Part shown: piece by piece, positions 55,701 through 62,543 of the stretch
Numbering within the stretch: position 1 is the first letter of the stretch
Layout: every line of letters starts with the position of its first letter
Virus record (IMG/VR): IMGVR_UViG_3300037054_000148
Span: 248,001-312,000 of that record
Length of the DNA: 64,000 nt
Direction: 5' to 3' (one strand)
Notes under the pieces: model-generated
Seen by the model: only the letters and a program-made list of their open reading frames with translations
Told to the model about the DNA's origin: nothing
Databases searched by the model: none
Position numbers and translations under genes: made by a program

Positions 55701-56284
55701 TGCTGATGAAGATTGGAGCCCTGACGTTCAAACATGAGCACAGAGACTACCGATATGGACAGAACTACTTCGTCTTGTTTGCTTTTAACGGCAAGTTCTG
55801 TGTGGGTGAGATTCGCTACTCAGTTTATGAGGACGGCCCCTATATTGATAACATTGATGTAGGGAACCATGTTCTAACCAATCTAGAAACAAAAAAGCTC
55901 ATGTCAGAACGGTTGCGTAAGGCAACTGATCCAACAGAGTATGTGGGCCATGAGATGCTCAAGTATTTACAAAAACTCTATCCGGATAAAGACCTTGGGG
56001 TGAGACATGCCGATGCCGCTAAGGGGCTAGATTTTGATGAAATGGAAACTGAATATGCCCCTCTGATGGATGAAAAAGAGGCGCTGACTAAAGAGCAACA
56101 AAACATTGACCAAGCTCTAGAGGAAAACTCCAAAAGGAACGTAGCTTATCAAGACTGGGAGGATCATTATAAGAAACTCATGGATCGTTGGAATTGGATT
56201 GACGACAGGCTCTACGAGATTGAGCAGGCTCTGAACGTCTACCCCACTCCGGTAAGACAGAAACGTCTTATCAGAACAACATAA
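49736..56284 (+). CDS. giant polyvalent protein: kinase-like, CCA/poly(A)-polymerase-type nucleotidyltransferase, ADP-ribosyltransferase-like, HhH-glycosylase-like and GNAT-like domains
   Basis: LGEGSSR.V...AIK...AE (kinase); FVGGCVRD.LL...PKDFDV, RRD..VNAM, EDALR..RA.RF (CCA); FRAWFGDSKVV..DG.P...HGT, G.YFT, GFDGI (ART-PolyVal-type); VAAVIAALSPQ..W..N, KV.SFY.N, TID.HA (glycosylase-like). Confidence 0.85.
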   Translation: MKRAFVLPEQGVINIYFIRDERPRIQWLIDLGIPRFSVFMLELPIPLDNPGHTQIVFHEGTALILEQIKAFLSETEFGEDAGVIKAMMQAIKQTEIDFYGTELMYGYEILFPLSQQFYDLVHERIVNQKTASEDSGAWSRLYDDNVSDEEFLERHAGREEGISKSVWRAPDTNKRMMVDLGKPVQKRDKQELNDARKIIDRYKQTIYKSTPGPLFVILYDRNGLPRGVSRVTNKGLTKWADGSEVPRELLTALIDIFGEQDADQVKVAEEKPKNIPKDLLKKLPGIHEISPEGQDEGEGDNNWEEPNGYSQTVRDRLKLLRERTGMELPVLGEGSSRMVVGVNEHVAIKLAINQPGVAQNKAELRMYEKVEDCTIITRIFYYDTEFHWLVVERVLRGATYSDFERYGATDAYNFCKKVERGGTEFLTDRQAVKSLQFLCQTLGVKWWDIDRESQWGLVERRGERYPVLVDYGLDEEVARQHYSSKLAAGWGSFINGEYWVDGDSANNYAECSGDGDYTHETYAREQILNDKWDQILSACQRHLQEAHEEEDDNNPGEVEEEWRKLHAMKYGEPDFPMEDVFFTLIWGYVSLEECDAIFNGEYDMFKNEVREFFMRFYNQIRVVDKNFEVWKLTPRNLDTIIDWVFNESGLDESDLAQMKDEVYIEQYEGGRKYAGIPIGELLNMKNPGEVWRYQGMTVASKQAAMVELPHDKEVKLPLYMLKKLKQMAQKFDPQADFRFVGGCVRDMLLDRKPKDFDVVTNTTADTLQKMGLENVGKAFPVYLYHDPTYGQIEIAVARSEEKTGVGHKDFDIVPTGNFEGDMVRRDLNVNAMMVDADGKLFGPTEALQNIKDKTLQNVSEKFAEDALRVFRAARFSAQFGSEWRVSPQLVDMMHRMQPELQYLPADRIREETKRALVGKVPMRFFEVLREGGCLEPWFSEFDQNWSQIAESVNYGHQNGWDFDLQIVGIESQLPIPDSLNNRLGLSNQIKQAAQFVKKNRGNIKQARALPKETVVGIVQSGVRGAFEFVQLLDCALLGTNPDSKDFLLKCAEAIKGTDMTGVTSRNEATERLVGAISKVGHSKRAMSAQQAVNEAVKLITQEEIKQPKPWQTPQFRAWFGDSKVVNKDGTPKRVMHGTTHEFDQFSLHNAFEEGWYGKGFYFTDCEKDVENYASLEGPDLTARIELVAERLMDDGGDWEESMGEEHEDNSKSIRELAHQKAQEMIAGKHHGTVYLTYLKMENPVIVTPNGGTYLGGDSGSDPENEDEWLDGPETTKLYEAIQAACSQFGLNEKRIWDSQLSDRLLEGCTAYEFEKDLRENDETLDAEGGAGPVISAIYEAMGFDGIIMDAKAQFGNGNTGMKMSPKTRHYIVWNPRQVKSAIGNKGTFDPSSPLLTAAVKPRTQGGGLNVDPVEQIVDEETPEKEKTTPLTQEEEDMAKSLADKRISPAAPSNVLKPGAIDPHSHAQSQPDLKKMMENEKFEFNVNLAVDNYPNFKYMREGRYKQFDAHEKAEEIINHMAANLIWLYKTWDKALSDRAKLWYVGGNRIIHRWADKFHLDPHKVAAVIAALSPQAHWFQNVTTAERTIEALVELKDFRWDWKMDRVALHRNWTPEDLEDEMKESVKVGEAAEKKKNKKESAKKEKEPKIKWSAALAIPLLRGKTLNEVMTENSPESGREYLASVWIRAWAEGHTDNKLREVTPEGNFGDWFKTGKADAKVRWTSFAAITKAVRILESNSVNDISKLVGTNHKVRSFYNNLIAPMADEGDVTIDTHAVAAALIRPLSGASVEVAHNFGSGFTPKKDKNGKIWVWDEDEGEYVEGDPDAEKIPGPSNSSITGLNGLYALYAEAYRRAAKDPAVGVLPRELQSITWEAVRALFNPADKRDKKFIRMANEIWASHDPEDGGLNAEQAREKITAVIKERRGGKEVFETPSWIGSDPEIHGDAQGSSYKRGLSGSGIPGSQAGGITPTGIGGGASRRTSRKINSPLLMKIGALTFKHEHRDYRYGQNYFVLFAFNGKFCVGEIRYSVYEDGPYIDNIDVGNHVLTNLETKKLMSERLRKATDPTEYVGHEMLKYLQKLYPDKDLGVRHADAAKGLDFDEMETEYAPLMDEKEALTKEQQNIDQALEENSKRNVAYQDWEDHYKKLMDRWNWIDDRLYEIEQALNVYPTPVRQKRLIRTT

Positions 56285-56319
56285 TTCGCAACCCTCTATT
56301 GAACTGTTTGGAGCCCCAC

Positions 56320-59067
56320 ATGTCTGAAGTCATCACTCTTCTTGCCTCTCTGGCTTCTCCGTTGATCCGTAAAGAGGCTATCAGCGAGAGGAAAATTGAG
56401 TTTCTATCCGGACCCACCCGTTACGGCCCGAAGCTCTATCACTACGTAACCACCCATAATCTGGTCAATCTGATGGATGAAACTCTGGGTGAAGAAGCAG
56501 AACAGAAAGAGGCGAAAAAGCAAAATGAGCAGATGCTTAATGCAAAATACGCTCAGATTCTGACTCAAATTGCAGCGGCTGACCCCACGGACGGGATCAA
56601 CAAGAATGACTTTACTGAGTGGCTGTTGAAGGTCTGGTTGGCCATGGATGATGCGGCACGAGGTCACTGGGGTGAGGATACGGCAAATATCAAACAGAGC
56701 CTCACGGACTTTGTGGATCTTCGCAAGAGCCCGGAATGGAAAAAACAGGAGCTACCCACTGATTTGAATCGATTCTCTGATCTGGCAAATCTTAGAAGCA
56801 CCTTGACAAAATTTAACTCCGCCTCAGATATCTATACTCTTCCTGAGCTAAGCCCAGAAGGGGCAACGATCATCTACCAGGATAAGACATATATTTTGTG
56901 GCAAGTAACCAGTGCAAAAGATCTGACCGCTTTATCTCGCTTCCCTGAAAACAACCCACCCGCATGGTGTACCAACGATGAGGGCACTGCTGCACGTTAC
57001 CTTTCTTCTGGTCCGGACTATGTGGCTTATAAGAATGGAGACCCATTCTTTCAGCTTGACCCATCAGAAGATGAGCACCACGATAAATCCAAAGCTCAGT
57101 TTATGAGCCGCAACAATACACACATGTATGGGACTAAATTGATGAACCCAGAGTGTGCGGAACTGATTGAAAAAGCCCTCGCACATGGAAAAATGAATGA
57201 GAGGGCCAGAGAAGACCTAACTAAGACAATGGGATGTTACCAAGTTCCCAATTTAAATGACGCAGAGACCTTCTCCTACCTGCAAGAATACGTAATGGTT
57301 AATGGCGGAAATATAAAAAAGGATAAAAAGTTTCTGGATGCAGAAGAAAAATATGTTCGCCCCAGATATGAGCTTTTAGAGCCTGATGAGCTTCGGGAAC
57401 TGTGTAACCGTTATGCTCGTACCGGAGAGGCGGTCGCCCCTTACTATGAAGCCAACAAAAATGTGACTGAAATATCCAAGAAAATTGATAATACAAAATC
57501 TTACACTGATTTTGTAAAATCAATGAGCACTCCAGACACAGACCCTAACCATCTCACACCCGCAGAGTATGGGTTGGCTTTTAGAATTGACCCGTTGTTT
57601 AAGAAGGTATTCAACCTCTTCTCCAAAGAATACGATTGGGATGAGAAGTTTGCAAAATTCAGAGCGGCTGTCAAAGAAGGAAGCGAAAAAGCTGTGAACG
57701 AGGGGGAGGCCCTAGTTAACCTTCTGAATAGCAAGTTCCCCAGCAGCACTTACAGCTATGATAGAAGCGATGGAAATGTCACTGGGTTCACCATCCAACT
57801 AATGGGGGGGTATGGGGCTCATGGGATGCAGACCAAGGATTTCACTAGAAATATGGCGGTTCAACCTTATATCAAAATGATCAAGAACATGTTCCGGCCC
57901 TTTGTCAATCAGGCTTGGGAGAAAGCTGTTGAACAGGCTAAGGCAGAGCCAGATTACGGTGTTGCACACCAGCTGCTGAAGGATGCGGGGGACACATACA
58001 AGCGTAGAGTATCGGGAGATGGGGGGGCAGAGGAACGCGCACAGGCGGCTGTCAGACAAGCTCTGAAGGATATCGAAATCCCAGCTAGGGAGAAGCTGGA
58101 TGCAGCCTTAGCTGGGTTCACCAAGCTCAAGGAGGTGGCAACTTACGGACGAGAGAACTTCCTAAATGGTAGTCCCTTTAAGATCAGAAAAATTCCCTCT
58201 TGGGCACAGCCCTCCTTTGAGAAGAAGATCACAGAGATTGAGCTTCTTACTGAGAAAGCCATGGAGGACAAGCTCCAGAAAGTGGACAGAGGTGAAGTTA
58301 AGATTCGTACCACTCCAAAGCGTGAATATGAATTCTGGAAAGATAATCATCGGGATAAGGATCTTCCAGACCCAACGGACAAGGTGCTGGAGTGGGTCAT
58401 CAACTCTCCTTCGTTTGATGATAACAACATCATGGACGCACTGATTGAAATGAAGAACATCTCTGCGGTCGGTGAGGCTTGGATATTGCAGAAGGCACGT
58501 TATATCGGATCATGGAGACTAGACAAATACATGGAGAAGTTCCATCCAAAACGATGGCCGGAATTGGAAACGGCGTATCCGGCTATTCTCGATGATGATG
58601 ATTATGTCAATCGAGTATATGAAAAGAATGAGCGAATTCCTCGTCAGGAAGAGGCTATTCTGGCCGGAGTCGGACGAAGGAGAGGCGTCAGCAGTGCTAT
58701 TGCATACATCAAAGAACGAATGAACAGTAAGCCATGGCCTGAACTTGAAAAAGCGGTAGCGAAGGAGTTCAAGAGCCGAAAGTGGTCTGAGAGCTTCTAT
58801 GATGGTCCAGGAAATATAGCTGGGGAGATTCTTGAGTATATCGCTGAAATTAAAAAGAGTCGCTGGAAAGATATCGAAGAGAAAATGTTTGAGAACCAGG
58901 ATTGGGGATATAAATACCTCTTCCAGGTGTTGGGGGCTGATGAGGCTTCTAAACGTATCCGTAAGCTATTGGATGAAGAGAGTGAGACGCTTCCTAGGGG
59001 GGAGAAACAATCTCGACTCCATCAGGTTCTATTCGCCAAAGTAATATCCTATAAGGAGTCCGTATGA
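56320..59067 (+). CDS. large protein with an ADPT...WCT domain and C-terminal WPE helical repeats
   Basis: AADPT...FTEWL; AWCT....A..YL..GP.Y; RWPELE and PWPELE repeats. Confidence 0.8.
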   Translation: MSEVITLLASLASPLIRKEAISERKIEFLSGPTRYGPKLYHYVTTHNLVNLMDETLGEEAEQKEAKKQNEQMLNAKYAQILTQIAAADPTDGINKNDFTEWLLKVWLAMDDAARGHWGEDTANIKQSLTDFVDLRKSPEWKKQELPTDLNRFSDLANLRSTLTKFNSASDIYTLPELSPEGATIIYQDKTYILWQVTSAKDLTALSRFPENNPPAWCTNDEGTAARYLSSGPDYVAYKNGDPFFQLDPSEDEHHDKSKAQFMSRNNTHMYGTKLMNPECAELIEKALAHGKMNERAREDLTKTMGCYQVPNLNDAETFSYLQEYVMVNGGNIKKDKKFLDAEEKYVRPRYELLEPDELRELCNRYARTGEAVAPYYEANKNVTEISKKIDNTKSYTDFVKSMSTPDTDPNHLTPAEYGLAFRIDPLFKKVFNLFSKEYDWDEKFAKFRAAVKEGSEKAVNEGEALVNLLNSKFPSSTYSYDRSDGNVTGFTIQLMGGYGAHGMQTKDFTRNMAVQPYIKMIKNMFRPFVNQAWEKAVEQAKAEPDYGVAHQLLKDAGDTYKRRVSGDGGAEERAQAAVRQALKDIEIPAREKLDAALAGFTKLKEVATYGRENFLNGSPFKIRKIPSWAQPSFEKKITEIELLTEKAMEDKLQKVDRGEVKIRTTPKREYEFWKDNHRDKDLPDPTDKVLEWVINSPSFDDNNIMDALIEMKNISAVGEAWILQKARYIGSWRLDKYMEKFHPKRWPELETAYPAILDDDDYVNRVYEKNERIPRQEEAILAGVGRRRGVSSAIAYIKERMNSKPWPELEKAVAKEFKSRKWSESFYDGPGNIAGEILEYIAEIKKSRWKDIEEKMFENQDWGYKYLFQVLGADEASKRIRKLLDEESETLPRGEKQSRLHQVLFAKVISYKESV

Positions 59068-59651
59068 TAGGCAATGACAAAATGACTATTCCAGTAAAAG
59101 GTTATATTCGAGTATTCGAAGAGGCCAATCCGAAGAACATCATCTTCGAAGAGCATAATGTGATATGCCTGAATACGCAGTATCTGTTCGCTAGAATGAT
59201 GGCCAATATCGCAGATCCGGTCGCCGGGGTCTGGGGTCTTGCGATTGGGGCGGGTGCGCCAGACTGGCCACTCAACAATCAACCGGATGCGTTGCCCACC
59301 CAGCAGAACATCATCACTCCCATCCTTCGTAAGCCCTGCCGCTACATTCAGTTCGTGGATGTGAACCTGAATGTTATTCCGAGTGGGGGGTTCTCCAACA
59401 TAGTTGATTTCCAGACTATTCTGAACGCGACAACTGATAGCATCAATACCCCCATCAGAGAGCTAGGGCTCATCGGTGGAGGCAGCACTGCTTCGTCTAC
59501 AAACCTTCAGGTAGCCCCCTTCTTCAACAATGCCACTCAGTCTAGTATCAACGATACAAACACGGCCCTCCTGATCAATTACAAAACTCTCCCGCCCCTG
59601 GTGCTTCCAGCCGGAATCAATTTCATCATGAGTTGGGTCTTGACATTCTAA
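59064..59651 (+). CDS. baseplate/tail-fibre base protein
   Basis: G.WGLAIG.G...IRELGL.GG...LINYKT...W.LTF, a pattern typical of large myophage structural proteins. Confidence 0.65.
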   Translation: MIGNDKMTIPVKGYIRVFEEANPKNIIFEEHNVICLNTQYLFARMMANIADPVAGVWGLAIGAGAPDWPLNNQPDALPTQQNIITPILRKPCRYIQFVDVNLNVIPSGGFSNIVDFQTILNATTDSINTPIRELGLIGGGSTASSTNLQVAPFFNNATQSSINDTNTALLINYKTLPPLVLPAGINFIMSWVLTF

Positions 59652-59660
59652 GAGGCCCAA

Positions 59661-61382
59661 ATGCCATCTTCATTATTAACCAGACAAGCCATTCTGATTG
59701 ACGCAGCCGCTTCAGCAAATAGACAGCAGGCCCTATTGGATAAGTATCCCGTGGACCGAGCGGAGGTGGAGCAACTTGCGAATGTTGACCCTACTCCTAA
59801 TGGCACCTACACGGAGTTCCTTGTCAGAGAATTCACGAAGAGGCGGTTTGGTCTCAATCGGATGGCTCTGGATGAAGCACATGATGCGTTGGTTAAATTC
59901 AATCGACTGAAGAACTCACAAGAGTTTCGAAATATGCCCAATACCCATACGGATATTTTGGCCTATGATTACCACACATTCTTAGCCCAAATGGCAGAAG
60001 CAGGACGGGCACAGCTATCAAAAAATGAGCAAGAACGAGAACTAAAGCGCAGAAGGCAGAAATATTTAGACGAGGGCTGTGAGTTGTTGACCGAGCAAAG
60101 AGGGTATGCCTTCTTCAAAGTCACCACTCCAGAGGCGGCAGTCCTGATGGGCCAGGGCTCTCACTGGTGTACAAAAGATGAGGCTACCGCACGTAATTAT
60201 TTGCGCCGTGGGCCACTCTATGTGATAACTCAAGAAACTGAGGGGGGAAATTACGGATCAGACCGTTACGCTCAGTTCTCTATTCCCAGTAGTGCCTATG
60301 ATATTGCTGCATTCGAATGTCAAGATGTGGACGGAAATGACTTCGGGAGTAAGGAGGCTGGGGATCGCTGTTACTACTTTAGTAATAAAGACTATTGGTG
60401 GCTTGTGGAAGTGCTAGAAAACTATGATGAAGTCCTGACCTTCTGGGTAAAAGAGGGATACGTTTTTAATGATTATGATAATATGCGCTATCTCGAACAA
60501 TGCTCAGAGTGCGGAAAATATGTGGATGAGAACTCAGAAGATTTATATTATACAGATGATGGGACTTTCTGCTGTAGAAGCTGCTTCTTAGCTCATTACG
60601 AAAACAAAATTGAAGAAGAAGTGCATCGTCTGTATCACCCAGACTTAGAAGAGCATGACAAAATTGCAGCGGAAATAGAATTTTACATCAATAGCCCTGA
60701 ATCCCCAGAGCATAAATACTTTGCTCTAGTGGATCAAGCCAAGCAGGTTGAATACCCAGATACCGAAAAATGGGGGTTTGCCACCCAACTTTCTAATGCA
60801 AGGGGCTGTGCTACCGTCTCGCAAGAGAAAATCGATAAGATGATACCGGGCGTTAGAAAAGAAGACGGAGAGCGAGTTTACAAGCATTTGAAGGGGCTGA
60901 TGGACCAGCTTAAGGATGAGGATGACTTGATTGAGGCAGCCTTTGACTATGTGAAAGAAGAGTTTGCTCCGGAAAATATGGATGTGGCTGAAATTTTACG
61001 CGAGGGGGGCTACATAGACACCCAGCCTAAAAATAGCTCTCTGTTGAAGAAAGCTCGTAAAAACATTGGGGCCACCCTCACGGAAGAGCCAGAACAGGCC
61101 GATATTCTCACCAATTACCCAGTCCCTCAAGATATTAAAACCGCATCTCTAGCCTTAAAATCTGAATTTGAAAATTACAAACAAGGACGAAAAGGGACAC
61201 TGGAAAACGGACTTGTTGACTCTTTTTTGAAGGGGTCTGAAGTCTGGAAAAAGTTAGCGACTGCTCTTAACTCTCAAAACAGACGACTTGTCTTACAGGA
61301 ACTAAGCCGCGAGGGAATCCAAAGAGGACATGCCAATGTCAGACACAGTTCGCAAATGGGTGATGGAGATCCAAGACGATGA
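59661..61382 (+). CDS. ADPT...WCT-domain protein with a zinc finger (paralogue of 56320-59067)
   Basis: NVDPT...YTEFL; HWCT..E.TA..YL..GPLY; CSECG...CC.SC. Confidence 0.8.
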   Translation: MPSSLLTRQAILIDAAASANRQQALLDKYPVDRAEVEQLANVDPTPNGTYTEFLVREFTKRRFGLNRMALDEAHDALVKFNRLKNSQEFRNMPNTHTDILAYDYHTFLAQMAEAGRAQLSKNEQERELKRRRQKYLDEGCELLTEQRGYAFFKVTTPEAAVLMGQGSHWCTKDEATARNYLRRGPLYVITQETEGGNYGSDRYAQFSIPSSAYDIAAFECQDVDGNDFGSKEAGDRCYYFSNKDYWWLVEVLENYDEVLTFWVKEGYVFNDYDNMRYLEQCSECGKYVDENSEDLYYTDDGTFCCRSCFLAHYENKIEEEVHRLYHPDLEEHDKIAAEIEFYINSPESPEHKYFALVDQAKQVEYPDTEKWGFATQLSNARGCATVSQEKIDKMIPGVRKEDGERVYKHLKGLMDQLKDEDDLIEAAFDYVKEEFAPENMDVAEILREGGYIDTQPKNSSLLKKARKNIGATLTEEPEQADILTNYPVPQDIKTASLALKSEFENYKQGRKGTLENGLVDSFLKGSEVWKKLATALNSQNRRLVLQELSREGIQRGHANVRHSSQMGDGDPRR

Positions 61383-61614
61383 GGACATGATCCGTATCCT
61401 TCTAGTGGGGGAGCGGCAGGCGGAATTGAAATACATCGCAATGTCTCAGCTAGATGCAACTGAATTAATTTCAGCCCTCGAATGGGTCGATAGCTTTCGC
61501 AATGGGATGGTGGGGATACCCAAACCAGCCAAGAGGAAACGTGTGATTAAACCTAAACCTAAGACGGTGATTCTGGAGCTTGAGGAGAATCAGAACCAGA
61601 AGTCGCAGGGCTAG
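61330..61614 (+). CDS. hypothetical protein
   Basis: GAGG RBS; overlaps the upstream gene by 53 nt. Confidence 0.55.
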   Translation: MPMSDTVRKWVMEIQDDEDMIRILLVGERQAELKYIAMSQLDATELISALEWVDSFRNGMVGIPKPAKRKRVIKPKPKTVILELEENQNQKSQG

Positions 61615-62146
61615 TCTTCCTTAGCTCTGCCCTCAGTCTGGCTGTTTCCTTACGATGGCAAGCTAGACAGAGAAGTCGGAGATTCTCTTCCCCACACTGC
61701 CCCCCACCCTTGACGACCTCCTGAATGTGATCGATATCATAGAAGGTGGATCTCCCATGAGTATTCACCCATTCCATGTTGTGGAGGTCAAAAAACTCCA
61801 CCTGGAGCGCCTTCATAGCGTGGCGGTAATTCTGGTGCCCTGCATAGACTGGGCTCTTTTGGAGTTCCTGTATGTGATCGTTGACATACCGCCAAAGTTG
61901 CCATACGAATCCTTTACAGTCCAAACCACATATCTGACAAATGTATTTGTCTCGTTTGGCAATGTAAATTCGAATATAACTTGCACTGGATCTGATGTTA
62001 AACTCGTGCACACACTCATCCGAACAAAAAGTTCGTCTCTTTTTACTCAGACGATGAACATCCAAGCCGCACCAGCGACATAGTTTATCTGTCTTGGCCC
62101 TTTCGGATGATTCAGCCTTTTGTTCTGGGGTGAGAAATCGGGTCAT
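61559..62146 (-). CDS. HNH endonuclease with zinc fingers
   Basis: CRWCG...FCSDEC; RD...CQICG; DIDHI..V..GG.....NLR.LC..CH..ET. Confidence 0.9.
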   Translation of the reverse strand: MTRFLTPEQKAESSERAKTDKLCRWCGLDVHRLSKKRRTFCSDECVHEFNIRSSASYIRIYIAKRDKYICQICGLDCKGFVWQLWRYVNDHIQELQKSPVYAGHQNYRHAMKALQVEFFDLHNMEWVNTHGRSTFYDIDHIQEVVKGGGQCGEENLRLLCLACHRKETARLRAELRKTSPATSGSDSPQAPESPS

Positions 62147-62334
62147 TTCTCTTTCGGTTCGGTCGGTGTTTCGACTGGGAATACCTCCAAGTCATTCTGA
62201 ACCTGCATCTCACCGATTATCGAATCGATGTAATATCCGAAGTAGCTGGTCTTCTGAAAGCTGTGGCCTCCAGGTTCAAGCCGAAAATAGCCTTTTAGAG
62301 GGATGTCTTTAAATTTCATATGCTTCCTTTCCAT
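62143..62334 (-). CDS. small hypothetical protein
   Basis: MKFKDIP...YF type; coupled to the HNH gene. Confidence 0.55.
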   Translation of the reverse strand: MERKHMKFKDIPLKGYFRLEPGGHSFQKTSYFGYYIDSIIGEMQVQNDLEVFPVETPTEPKEK

Positions 62335-62497
62335 ACCTTATAATACTTACTTTGGAAGCTGCTCGAACATGCGAAGCTGCCAATCCGCATACCACATCTG
62401 AAATTGCATGGAGGGGCCATCACGGAAGAACCAAATGGCGGCAAGCCAGAGGGGCCAAAAACCCATTCAAAAGTATTCATATGACTCCTATAGAACT

Positions 62498-62525
62498 GAA
62501 AAAGGGGCCATGAGGCCCCTTAGTT
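62498..62525 (-). terminator. intrinsic terminator
   Basis: AAGGGGCC-ATGA-GGCCCCTT stem with a U-run on the minus strand. Confidence 0.75.
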
Positions 62526-62543
62526 TACTGCCTACCCTACTTA

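Noticed and set aside
62330-62485. Possible -1 frameshift joining MNTFEWVF to WPLWLAAIWFF... on the minus strand; three AGGGGCCA copies
   Set aside because: The slippery site is not a proper X XXY YYZ in frame and both ORFs are short; one repeat copy is just the terminator stem.
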